60,674 nucleotides of DNA from a virus: IMG/VR virus record IMGVR_UViG_3300003792_000001; one strand, given 5' to 3'. Every line of letters starts with the position of its first letter. Positions within the stretch are counted from its first letter, which is position 1. A program made the translations under genes and the position numbers. The notes below the pieces were generated by a model, which saw only the letters and a list, made by a program, of their open reading frames with translations, had not been told where the DNA came from and did no database searches. Positions 50,942-58,963 of this stretch are shown here, piece by piece.

Positions 50942-51138
50942 TGGATCGTCGCCCTTGCGGCCTCATTGGCCGCTTCGGTCATTTCCGCGACATAGCAATC
51001 GTCGCATAGCGCCACGACGTCATCGGCGCTGAATAGCCGCCCGAAAGCCTTCGCATATTCGGCGCACGCCTCCTCAAGCGTCCACTCCGATTCGAATTCG
51101 TCGCCGCATCGGGCGCAGCAATAGGCGGTAACAGTCAT
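50938..51138 (-). CDS. Small zinc-ribbon protein (66 aa), paralog of 55843..56034
   Basis: CARCGDEFES.W..EEA.AEY...FG......ALCDDCY parallels CAMCDGEFMSIWPDEEAKAEYEVLFG...TVCDDCF. Confidence 0.55.
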   Translation of the reverse strand: MTVTAYCCARCGDEFESEWTLEEACAEYAKAFGRLFSADDVVALCDDCYVAEMTEAANEAARATIQ

Positions 51139-51533
51139 CGCTGGTTTTCCTTTGCGCGGGCGATCATCGCGACCGTGGCGTCAGCCTCGATTTTCAGGAT
51201 GCGGCGCACCGTCGTATCATGCCCGGCCTCGGCATCGTCCCACGTGCAATAGCGGTGGGTTTCGTGGTCTAGGTCGTCGGTGACAAAATTTTTGAGCAGC
51301 GGCGGCGGCTGGGAAAAGTCGCGTTCAAAGACCATCGTCTCGAATAGCACCGGCGGCCCACGGCCCCAGCTATGATCGAGGCCGAGGAAAACCGTGCTAA
51401 TCCAGAAAAGCTCGGTCGTGGTATCGCCCACATGCCGGTCGTTGACCTGAAACCATTCCGCCCAACCCATTAGATCGGTCTCGGCAACCTGATGATTTGG
51501 CAGGAGGATGTAATGCTTGCCGAAGGCACTCAT
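51135..51533 (-). CDS. Hypothetical protein (132 aa)
   Basis: Coupled ORF. TVFLGLDHSWGRGPPVLFETMVF looks like a conserved phage family of unknown function. Confidence 0.6.
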   Translation of the reverse strand: MSAFGKHYILLPNHQVAETDLMGWAEWFQVNDRHVGDTTTELFWISTVFLGLDHSWGRGPPVLFETMVFERDFSQPPPLLKNFVTDDLDHETHRYCTWDDAEAGHDTTVRRILKIEADATVAMIARAKENQR

Positions 51534-51844
51534 GGCGCATCCTCGTCAAGGCCGAGCCGTTGCCGAAATTCGCGGTTCTCGTCCGCCACCTCCTGCCGCG
51601 CCTTGGCCTTGGCATATTCATCGAGGAATAGGCGGGCGGTGGGCAATTGCCTGACGAACGGCAGCGATTCGAGGATTTGCGCGAGATTGGCAATCGGCCC
51701 GAACGGGGCCCGATATTTCAGCGGCCACGGCTCGGTATCATGGATGCGGTAGCTATCATGGACGACCGCCATTGCGGCCCCGGCCAGAAACGCCAACTGG
51801 CTTTCAAGCGATCTGATTCGCTCCTGATCTGATTCGTCCGTCAT
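51530..51844 (-). CDS. Hypothetical protein (104 aa)
   Basis: Coupled ORF. Confidence 0.55.
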   Translation of the reverse strand: MTDESDQERIRSLESQLAFLAGAAMAVVHDSYRIHDTEPWPLKYRAPFGPIANLAQILESLPFVRQLPTARLFLDEYAKAKARQEVADENREFRQRLGLDEDAP

Positions 51845-52083
51845 GGGTGGGTTACCGGGCGCACCATAGTCGGTCCCCTAACGCGCCTTCGGGGATGGCA
51901 GGCTACGTGGGATTTCCCCTGCCGTTTAACCAACTCGCGTGGCATTCCTTCGCAGGTTTTCACCACGCTCGGCTGCGATCCGCCGCCCGGTAATGCGATC
52001 TGATAGCCCATCGCGCCGCCGCCGCCAAGCCCAAGCGGAGGCGGTGTCATACGGCGAATTATGTAAGGATTTCTGTCCTTCAT
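51841..52083 (-). CDS. Hypothetical protein (80 aa)
   Basis: Coupled ORF (ATGA). The composition is odd (Gly/Pro-rich), so confidence is lower. Confidence 0.4.
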   Translation of the reverse strand: MKDRNPYIIRRMTPPPLGLGGGGAMGYQIALPGGGSQPSVVKTCEGMPRELVKRQGKSHVACHPRRRVRGPTMVRPVTHP

Positions 52084-52108
52084 TAGTGGCCCTATAATTT
52101 AGAGGATT

Positions 52109-52372
52109 CTACTTGGAGATGCGCCCGTCGAACTGGTCGATGTCCTCGCGGCTGGTCAGCGTCGCGATTCGGACAATCCGCTGCTGATGCTCGGCGATCA
52201 GCCGGGCTTGCTCCCTGATGAATTCCAAGCGCCGCGCGTCGGCGGCCACCAAAGGCATCCACGTGCCGTCTATCCGAATCGCGCAGACGCCCTCGCTGCC
52301 ATCATCATCCACAGAAAGCGCCAGCCAGACCTGATCTATCCGGGGCAAAGTATTAATCTGGGGGCTTTTCAT
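52109..52372 (-). CDS. Hypothetical protein (87 aa)
   Basis: ORF in the operon. Confidence 0.55.
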   Translation of the reverse strand: MKSPQINTLPRIDQVWLALSVDDDGSEGVCAIRIDGTWMPLVAADARRLEFIREQARLIAEHQQRIVRIATLTSREDIDQFDGRISK

Positions 52373-52557
52373 GCCGCTCGCTTTCTTTTGGGCTTCTGGT
52401 TAATCAATGCTTGAAGGGCCACGGCGATAAGCCTCGGCGCCCCTTCTACAGCATAGCGTTGCGAGGTCCGGCGCCCGATTCCGAGCGCCTGGGCGGCGGC
52501 GATGTGATCCCACTTTAGCGCAGCAAGTGCGGCTTTATATTCGGTCGCTGTCATCAT
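52369..52557 (-). CDS. Small HTH regulator (62 aa)
   Basis: MMTATEYKAALAALKWDHIAAAQALGIGRRTSQRYAVEG. Start with SD AGGA upstream. Divergent from another HTH gene. Confidence 0.6.
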   Translation of the reverse strand: MMTATEYKAALAALKWDHIAAAQALGIGRRTSQRYAVEGAPRLIAVALQALINQKPKRKRAA

Positions 52558-52710
52558 GTATCCCATCCTAAATGCCAAATTGGCGCAATTCAATATTGAC
52601 TTTGGGCAAAATAACGCAACCATAGGCCGCGCCACATTGGCGTCATGAAAGTAAACAAAAGCGGGCTCAAGGGCGCGTTTTCTGTCCCCCAACAAAGGCG
52701 AGGAAAGCAA

Positions 52711-52989
52711 ATGCAGGTCGTAGAATTCGAATCAGCTCGGCGGTTTAAAGCGGCGCGGGAAAAGCTCGGCGTCCAGGAATACAGTTTTCGCGATACTTAC
52801 GAGCTATGCGATTTCGTAGCGAAAGAAATTCGCGCGTCGAAAATGAAATACAGCAAACTGGCGGATAAGTGCGGCATTTGCTACTCGACCGTCTCCAATA
52901 TCGCAAGCGGCACGACCCGATCCCCGCGCGCCCATACCCTCCTGTCGATCCTCAAAGCCCTCGGCTACGAATTCTTCGTCCGAGGCTGA
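52711..52989 (+). CDS. XRE-type HTH regulator (92 aa)
   Basis: YSKLADKCGICYSTVSNIASGTTRSPRAHTLLSILKALG. SD GAGGAAAG lies upstream of ATG 52711. Confidence 0.65.
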   Translation: MQVVEFESARRFKAAREKLGVQEYSFRDTYELCDFVAKEIRASKMKYSKLADKCGICYSTVSNIASGTTRSPRAHTLLSILKALGYEFFVRG

Positions 52990-52991
52990 TT

Positions 52992-53468
52992 ATGGATATA
53001 GCCAACAAAATACTAGAGCAGATCGCGCATCATCGGGCCGAAATCTTGCGGCTCGAATCGGCCCTGCAGGTGATCATGGAAATGGGCGGCGGCGGCAAAT
53101 CCGCCAAGGGCCAGCAGCCCATGATTACCATCCGCAAGATTACCCCGGAGGCTCAAGCGCAGATCGAGCCGCCCAAGAAGGCGCCAAGCCAAGCGCCGCG
53201 AAAGACCGGGACTGATCGCCTCCGCGATATCGAGGCAAAGAAACGCCTGCGCGAAAACGTCCTCGATGCGCTTTCACGCGGGCCAATGTCGACCAAGGCC
53301 ATGATTGCCCGGTTCGGGCCGAAGAAGCCCAATGCCGCCGACAAGCAGGTCTTTTATGCGCTGATGTATGATCTGCATCAGGCGGGCCTCGTCCATCGCG
53401 AGAAAAACGGACAGGAGCGCATTTTCAGCCTAGTCCAGCAACCCCAGCAAATGGCGACGGCAAGCTGA
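52992..53468 (+). CDS. Hypothetical winged-helix-like protein (158 aa)
   Basis: C-terminal VLDALSRGPMSTKAMIARFG...FYALMYDLHQAGLVHRE. Confidence 0.55.
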   Translation: MDIANKILEQIAHHRAEILRLESALQVIMEMGGGGKSAKGQQPMITIRKITPEAQAQIEPPKKAPSQAPRKTGTDRLRDIEAKKRLRENVLDALSRGPMSTKAMIARFGPKKPNAADKQVFYALMYDLHQAGLVHREKNGQERIFSLVQQPQQMATAS

Positions 53469-53998
53469 TGTCCCGGCGTTGCGGCGAATGCACCCTCTGT
53501 TGCAGATTGCTGCCGGTGCCGGAATTCGACAAGCTGGCGGGCGTGCGTTGCGCCCACCAGCGTTCGCATAAGGGATGCGCGGTCTATGGCCATCATCCGC
53601 TTAGCTGTCGGGTCTGGTCGTGTAGCTGGTTAAGCGATGATGACGCGGGCGATCTAAGCCGCCCGGATCGGGCCCACTATGTAATCGACTGCATGCCGGA
53701 TTTTATCGAAATCGACGCGCATGATGGGCACCCGGCGCAAAAGGTGCCGGTCATTCAAATCTGGATTGATCCGAAATACCCAGACGCGCACCGCGATCCC
53801 GCCTTGCGCGCCTATATCGAGCGGCGGTCTATCCGCGAGGGCGGCATGGCCGCGCTCATCCGCTACGATAATCAAAGGGCGATTGTGCTGTTTCCACCAT
53901 CCGTCACCGACGAGGGGATTTGGCACGAGGAGGGATCGGGGTTAGCCGCCAAGGAGCATACCGCTGCCGAGATCGCGGCGGTGCTCAGGGCCGTTTAA
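53468..53998 (+). CDS. YkgJ-family Cys-cluster (UPF0153) protein
   Basis: N-terminal CGECTLCC motif plus further Cys residues. Confidence 0.65.
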   Translation: MSRRCGECTLCCRLLPVPEFDKLAGVRCAHQRSHKGCAVYGHHPLSCRVWSCSWLSDDDAGDLSRPDRAHYVIDCMPDFIEIDAHDGHPAQKVPVIQIWIDPKYPDAHRDPALRAYIERRSIREGGMAALIRYDNQRAIVLFPPSVTDEGIWHEEGSGLAAKEHTAAEIAAVLRAV

Positions 53999-54022
53999 AG
54001 GAAATCAGGGAGGAAACCGGGG

Positions 54023-54412
54023 ATGGTTCTAAGGACCAGAATACTAATCATGCGCCCTGATGCGCCGCACGAAACGCGGGCCGTCGAATTGCCGGGCCCC
54101 GGCGAGGAGGATTTCCCGCAGCGGCAGTTCGTCGAGAGCGCCTATCAGGCATTAAAGCAGATCGTCGAGCCTATCGTCGGCTATCCGTTGGAGCATGTGA
54201 CCGTGCTCGCCGACTTTTCCGGCGGCGCCAATTTCAAGCGCGCCGATATGTTCGTCAACGAGCTGGGTCATGAAAAACTGCTGCCGCGCAATGAGGCGGC
54301 GACGGAAATCTATCGCCGCAACGCGCTGCTCAATCAGGGCTACAGCGATCCCGAAGAATTGCCGTGGATCGCCGGGCCCGCCGTGCTGTTCGAACATATC
54401 GTCTGGTTTTAA
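54023..54412 (+). CDS. Hypothetical protein, possibly DUF3846-like
   Basis: DMFVNELGHEKLLPRNEAATEIY...IAGPAVLF resembles DUF3846 as I recall it. Unverified. Confidence 0.45.
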   Translation: MVLRTRILIMRPDAPHETRAVELPGPGEEDFPQRQFVESAYQALKQIVEPIVGYPLEHVTVLADFSGGANFKRADMFVNELGHEKLLPRNEAATEIYRRNALLNQGYSDPEELPWIAGPAVLFEHIVWF

Positions 54413-54424
54413 GGGGCGTCGGAA

Positions 54425-54925
54425 ATGCAGCCACGAGTCTACAAAAATGATTTTGTGCCGGGTCTCTCCCGCCGCGACCTACACGAAATGGCGGTCGCTT
54501 ACGCAGTCGTCGAATTCGAGCGCCGGGGCCGCGTGCCATCTATGTGGCTGATCGTCGCCGGGGCCGAGGTCACATGGATTGAAACCCCATGGGAGGACGA
54601 CCGCGAAAAAGAATGGTCCACGCGCGCATTGCGCGGCGTCATGAGGGAAATGGGCGCCCGCGCTTATTCCTTCATCACCGAGGCGTGGGTGGCATCGTAC
54701 CGCACGGATATTGACGATCCCGAAATCCTGCCCAGCGAAAGGCCGGAAAACGAGCGCGACGAAGTTTTGGTGATCATGACCTATGATCTGACGAGCGAAT
54801 TTGAGGCCACGCGATTTCTGGTCACGCCCCGCAAGAATGGCAACAATCTGCTCGGCCCGCGCGATGATGAAACATTCAAGGAATTTACGCTTGAAGGCCG
54901 GATGTTTAACCTGCTGGTGCGCTGA
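54425..54925 (+). CDS. Hypothetical protein (166 aa)
   Basis: ORF in the operon. Confidence 0.55.
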   Translation: MQPRVYKNDFVPGLSRRDLHEMAVAYAVVEFERRGRVPSMWLIVAGAEVTWIETPWEDDREKEWSTRALRGVMREMGARAYSFITEAWVASYRTDIDDPEILPSERPENERDEVLVIMTYDLTSEFEATRFLVTPRKNGNNLLGPRDDETFKEFTLEGRMFNLLVR

Positions 54926-55251
54926 TGCCGATCATTTCCCACGACAGCGAATTCGCGACCCGATGTCCGTTCTGCGGCGATACCCACGACAGGGCATCGC
55001 ACATCGCCGAACGCGGCAAAAGCCAGCATGCGCCCACTGACGGCGATCTGACGCTATGCATCGTCTGCGGCGAGTGGGCTTTCTTTGCCGCCGGTGTGCC
55101 TGGCGGGCTGCGAAAACCAACCGATGCGGAATATGAGGCCATAGCCGGGAATCCGCTGGTGCGCAAAATACGCAGGGCGTGGGTGGAAATGATGAAACAT
55201 CACCGCGCCGGGCCACCGCAAAATCCGAGGCATGCCCATGGCCGAAGATGA
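54925..55251 (+). CDS. Zinc-ribbon protein, paralog of 56632..56883
   Basis: CPFCGDTH...DLTLCIVCGEWAFFAAG..GGLRKP parallels CPSCRRQH...DFALCVRCGEWAAFTASGDLRKP. Confidence 0.55.
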   Translation: MPIISHDSEFATRCPFCGDTHDRASHIAERGKSQHAPTDGDLTLCIVCGEWAFFAAGVPGGLRKPTDAEYEAIAGNPLVRKIRRAWVEMMKHHRAGPPQNPRHAHGRR

Positions 55252-55624
55252 CGACGACAAGATCACAAAGCTGCCTGTCCGCTTCAAATCGCCGCCGTCG
55301 CCTGATGGCCCGATGCTCAAGATTGTCCCCGGCTACGGGCCCGGTGGCTGTAACCATCGCTGGTCCTTTCGCGATGATCCGGCGACGGGCCGCAGCCAAA
55401 GGATCAATGCGCAATATCTGATCCGCGAGGGCGATATCGAGGTGGAATGCAGCCTATGCAAAACGCGGCTCGATCCGATGTTCGTGCTGCGCATCCTTGC
55501 GGTCGAGGAAAACCACTGGAAAGAAACCCGCAGGCACTATCAGGCGGAAATGCAGCGATTGAATGAGCGAGAGAGAACGAAGTGTCAGCATTGCGGCAAG
55601 ATGACAAGGATAAGCAGGCGATGA
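55232..55624 (+). CDS. Hypothetical Cys-containing protein (130 aa)
   Basis: ORF with CSLCKTR...CQHCGK. Confidence 0.5.
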   Translation: MPMAEDDDDKITKLPVRFKSPPSPDGPMLKIVPGYGPGGCNHRWSFRDDPATGRSQRINAQYLIREGDIEVECSLCKTRLDPMFVLRILAVEENHWKETRRHYQAEMQRLNERERTKCQHCGKMTRISRR

Positions 55625-55827
55625 GCTTGGAGCTTTGGGTGGTCTATGACCATCCGATCGATTGGGACGGCTATATCGCCCGGAAATGGATAGGCGAGAC
55701 GCCGACCGGCGACACGATCCGTTCGGAAAGCCTCCGCGACGTGCGTGCCCAGCTGCGCGCGATGGCATTGGTCTGTCTTGGGCGCAGCCACAACGACGAC
55801 CCGAAAATCCTTGAAGTATGGGTCTAA
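55621..55827 (+). CDS. Hypothetical protein (68 aa)
   Basis: ATGA-coupled ORF. Confidence 0.5.
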   Translation: MSLELWVVYDHPIDWDGYIARKWIGETPTGDTIRSESLRDVRAQLRAMALVCLGRSHNDDPKILEVWV

Positions 55828-55842
55828 GGCGGGAGGGCAAAA

Positions 55843-56034
55843 ATGGCTGATCTTTACCGCTGCGCGATGTGCGACGGCGAATTCATGTCGATCTGGCCCG
55901 ATGAGGAGGCCAAGGCCGAATACGAGGTGCTTTTCGGCAAGCCCTACGGCGAAACGGAGGCGGCGACCGTCTGCGACGACTGCTTTTTCTCGGCGCTTGC
56001 CCGGATGTCGGTAGACCCGGAGGAAGAAGCATGA
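55843..56034 (+). CDS. Small zinc-ribbon protein (63 aa)
   Basis: See the paralog at 50938..51138. Confidence 0.55.
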   Translation: MADLYRCAMCDGEFMSIWPDEEAKAEYEVLFGKPYGETEAATVCDDCFFSALARMSVDPEEEA

Positions 56035-56267
56035 AGCCGGGCACCATCCTTAAGCCCGGCGACGTCGTGCAACTTGATCCTGATGCATGCCGCAATCGGA
56101 TGTTTGCCGCCTGCATGATGACGATTACCGAGCCCAAGGATTTCGGCGCGCAGGGCTTTGTCCAAGCCCTCGGCGAAAATGGCGAAATGGGCGGTCGCGC
56201 TTATTACCGCGCGCAATGGGAGGAGATGGAATTGGTCGGCAAAGCGGTATGGGCGCCAGCATCATGA
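56031..56267 (+). CDS. Hypothetical protein (78 aa)
   Basis: ATGA-coupled ORF. Confidence 0.5.
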   Translation: MKPGTILKPGDVVQLDPDACRNRMFAACMMTITEPKDFGAQGFVQALGENGEMGGRAYYRAQWEEMELVGKAVWAPAS

Positions 56268-56635
56268 AGGAAATCTTTGTTTTCGGCAGCAATCTTGCCG
56301 GGCGCCATGGCAAGGGCGCCGCGCTCTATGCCCGCGAGCATCATGGCGCGATCTATGGCAACGGCCACGGCATCCAAGGCAACAGCTATGCGATCCCGAC
56401 CAAGGACGAAAATCTGCGCACCTTGCCGCTCGATTTCATCGCCGCCTATGTGGCCCGCTTCCTGAAATTCGCCCGGCGGCATCCTGAGTGGACATTCAAG
56501 GTCACCGCCATCGGCTGCGGGCTTGCGGGCTACAAGCCGGATCAAATCGCATGGATGTTCCTCCCATGTCCTGAAAACGTGATCCTGCCCGATGAATTCC
56601 TAGCGCTGGGGAATCGTGAAAGAGCGGACCAATGA
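56264..56635 (+). CDS. Rossmann-like protein with a GSN..G.HG.GAA motif (LOG/DprA-superfamily-like)
   Basis: MKEIFVFGSNLAGRHGKGAALYA...GNSYAIPTKD...VTAIGCGLAGY is a recurrent phage family of unknown function. Confidence 0.5.
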   Translation: MKEIFVFGSNLAGRHGKGAALYAREHHGAIYGNGHGIQGNSYAIPTKDENLRTLPLDFIAAYVARFLKFARRHPEWTFKVTAIGCGLAGYKPDQIAWMFLPCPENVILPDEFLALGNRERADQ

Positions 56636-56883
56636 CGGATCACCGGGAAAGAATGATCATCATCCACCAACTTAAATATTGCCCCTCCTGTAGGCGCCAG
56701 CACAGCATGGCGACGCCGGTTGACGTGCCGTCGCCGAAAGAGGGGGATTTCGCGTTGTGTGTCCGGTGCGGTGAATGGGCGGCGTTTACCGCTTCCGGCG
56801 ATCTCCGTAAGCCCGGCGCCCCGGACCTAGAAAAGATGCTTGCTGAATATGATCGATATTCGTGGATGAAGAAGCTGCCATGA
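56632..56883 (+). CDS. Zinc-ribbon protein (83 aa)
   Basis: Paralog of 54925..55251. Confidence 0.55.
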   Translation: MTDHRERMIIIHQLKYCPSCRRQHSMATPVDVPSPKEGDFALCVRCGEWAAFTASGDLRKPGAPDLEKMLAEYDRYSWMKKLP

Positions 56884-57095
56884 AGTATTTCGAAAAGCTC
56901 CGCGTCGCCTGGATTATCGAAAGCATCGAAATCTACGGCTTTATCAATCGAAGCCATGTGGTGAAGAAATTCGGCATCACCGAGCAAGTAGCGTCCAAGG
57001 ATTTCGGGACGGTGCAAAAGCTCCACCCGCATCTGATGCGATATGATCCCAGCGCGAAATGCTATTTTCTCAAGGAACGAGCCGCCCATGAATAA
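56880..57095 (+). CDS. Hypothetical winged-helix-like protein (71 aa)
   Basis: ATGA-coupled. INRSHVVKKFGITEQVASKDF. Confidence 0.5.
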   Translation: MKYFEKLRVAWIIESIEIYGFINRSHVVKKFGITEQVASKDFGTVQKLHPHLMRYDPSAKCYFLKERAAHE

Positions 57096-57255
57096 TCACA
57101 GCAAACCCGATCTGATCGACATGCTGCTGGGCCGCGTCGGGCAAGAGTGGGAAATAGAGCGCTTGCGGCGGTGGGTGAAAATTCATCGGCTGATCAACGT
57201 CGCGCTGGCCGCCCTGCTGGTCTATGCCTATTTCCGCAAGGGAGAATGGTTCTGA
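57088..57255 (+). CDS. Small membrane protein (55 aa)
   Basis: C-terminal TM LINVALAALLVYAYF. Confidence 0.4.
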   Translation: MNNHSKPDLIDMLLGRVGQEWEIERLRRWVKIHRLINVALAALLVYAYFRKGEWF

Positions 57256-57467
57256 TGAAGTCAAAGCTACCCGCCAAGCCGCGCTTGCGGCGCTTGCGCC
57301 TCCGCGACATAGATCGCGAACTCGCCGAGCGCGTCGCCGTCCTCGAAATGGAGAACGCCCTGTTGCGGTCGCAGCGGGACTCGATACAGCGGATCGCCGA
57401 CCGCCGCCTCCAGATGATTTTGGGGTTTGACGGCGCGGAGGAGGACGCGGCGCCCGGTCTGCTATAA
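57255..57467 (+). CDS. Small basic coiled-coil protein (70 aa)
   Basis: TGATG coupling. Confidence 0.45.
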   Translation: MKSKLPAKPRLRRLRLRDIDRELAERVAVLEMENALLRSQRDSIQRIADRRLQMILGFDGAEEDAAPGLL

Positions 57468-58030
57468 TGGGCGCGTTTAGATTCGCTCCCAAGGAACGCG
57501 GCCCCATGGGGAAAACCAAGCCTGCAAGCACTCAGCACCGCGCCCTGCGCGGCGTGACCGTCGAAAATCCATTCTACAGCGGCGCCCATGCTGGCGACCG
57601 GACCAATCCCAAGCACATCGACGCCGTGGTCAATATTCGGGAAAGCGCGATCACCATGCTCGCCTCCCGCAATAAGATCGATGCCGCGCAAGTAGCCGCC
57701 GCCAACAAATTCCGGGCTTTATGGGAGGCCATGGGCGGCAAGGGCGCCAGCGCCATCGACTATGGCCGCGATCATGTAGACGGCGGCAAGCGGGCCGATC
57801 CGATCAGCGAGCGCCAAATCAATGCCGCCGATGAATTGCGCCGCGCCCACCGCAAGCTGGGCGACCAAGGCTATTGGCTGGTGTCCAGGATATGCGGAGA
57901 GGGCTTTTCGCTGCATGAGGTGGTGCGCCCTGGCGGCAGCAAGCGCAGCAAACTCGCCGCCGCCGATAATCTCCGAGCTTGCCTCGATAAGCTCGCCGAA
58001 TTGTGGGGCATCGCCACCCGGCGTCACTAG
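57467..58030 (+). CDS. Putative transcriptional regulator (DUF6456/GafA-C-terminal-like)
   Basis: RQINAADELRRAHRKLGDQGYWLVSRICGEGFSLHEV looks like a sigma-region-4/HTH-type segment. Family recall is unverified. Followed by paired dyad sites. Confidence 0.45.
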   Translation: MGAFRFAPKERGPMGKTKPASTQHRALRGVTVENPFYSGAHAGDRTNPKHIDAVVNIRESAITMLASRNKIDAAQVAAANKFRALWEAMGGKGASAIDYGRDHVDGGKRADPISERQINAADELRRAHRKLGDQGYWLVSRICGEGFSLHEVVRPGGSKRSKLAAADNLRACLDKLAELWGIATRRH

Positions 58031-58081
58031 TGGCGACGGTGCCACTACCTTCGGGCGCCAAAGTAGTGGCAACGGTGCCAC
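58028..58081. promoter_or_regulatory. Two 18-bp sites (tagtggcRacggtgccac), each with a GTGGC-N6-GCCAC dyad, 36 bp apart
   Basis: Copies at 58028-58045 and 58064-58081, read directly. They lie just upstream of the gene starting at 58102. Confidence 0.6.
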
Positions 58082-58101
58082 CATCTGAAAGGGGATCAGA
58101 T

Positions 58102-58461
58102 ATGCGGATATGTGCAAATCATTGGGAAATGTGCTGGAATTCCGTGAAAGATCACGGCCTCGGCGATCTCGTCAATAAGGGCCCGGAGGTCGATGCCGCC
58201 ACCATCATGCAAAACGACATTGTGGAAAATCCGGCCCAATTCGACCCGCTGATCTCGATGCACTGGCATTTCACCAACCAAGCCCTGAAATACGGCGGCG
58301 CCTATCTGCTCGGCCCCGATATGGAGGGAAACCCGCATTGCCCAATCTGCGAATTCGAGCAGCATTCCAAGGGATTTGAGGCAAAGCAAGAGATCGATAA
58401 CGTGGCGGTCCAAATGGCGGTATGGGCCCGCTCGGTCTCCCTGATCCCGCCAATCAGTTGA
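58102..58461 (+). CDS. Hypothetical Cys-containing protein (119 aa)
   Basis: SD GAAAGGGGA lies upstream of ATG 58102. Confidence 0.55.
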   Translation: MRICANHWEMCWNSVKDHGLGDLVNKGPEVDAATIMQNDIVENPAQFDPLISMHWHFTNQALKYGGAYLLGPDMEGNPHCPICEFEQHSKGFEAKQEIDNVAVQMAVWARSVSLIPPIS

Positions 58462-58474
58462 GGGAGCCGATAGA

Positions 58475-58660
58475 ATGCAAAAAGCCCCATGGAGCCCGGA
58501 GACGGTCGAAGCCTTGAACCGCCATCAGCAAGACGGGCGCTTCCATCCCTATACCTGTCCCGGCGATAAGCCGGAATGCCACGCCCAGCGCGATCTGATC
58601 GCTACCGCCGATGGCTGGATTTGCCAGTGCGGCGCCTACAAACAGGATTGGGCACACTAG
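58475..58660 (+). CDS. Small Cys/His-rich protein (61 aa)
   Basis: HPYTCPGDKPECH...WICQCG. Confidence 0.5.
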   Translation: MQKAPWSPETVEALNRHQQDGRFHPYTCPGDKPECHAQRDLIATADGWICQCGAYKQDWAH

Positions 58661-58800
58661 CCGAAAAGCGCGGAAAACCATTAGGGGGAATTGTCTGTTT
58701 TTTTCGGCCAATTCTCCCTAGTTGCGCATATATGCTCCGTTTCCGCTTCCTTGAGGCGCATATCTGCGCTAACGTAAATCATCGAAATGAGGGAAACGGC

Positions 58801-58947
58801 AATGCAAATTACCAAGATTACAAAGCGGGTTTCGGTAGTCACCGGCAAATACGACTCGGTGGTCATTACCCCCTTCGGTCGCTTCACGGTCGATAGCCAC
58901 GAAGCCGGTATTCAGGCCGCGCAGGCCTATGTCGCGCAAAGCAAATA
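58801..58947 (+). CDS. Small protein (48 aa)
   Basis: Translated by hand: MQITKITKRVSVVTGKYDSVVITPFGRFTVDSHEAGIQAAQAYVAQSK. SD GAGGGAAACGG upstream. Confidence 0.4.
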
Positions 58948-58963
58948 AGAGGGAGCCGCCGCA

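Noticed and set aside
58576-58896. Tracked ORFs 58576-58896 (+) and 58681-58887 (-) in the A/T-rich gap
   Set aside because: Neither has an RBS, and both cross the non-coding A/T-rich region. A shorter 48-aa ORF (58801-58947) with a strong SD explains the coding-like part better.
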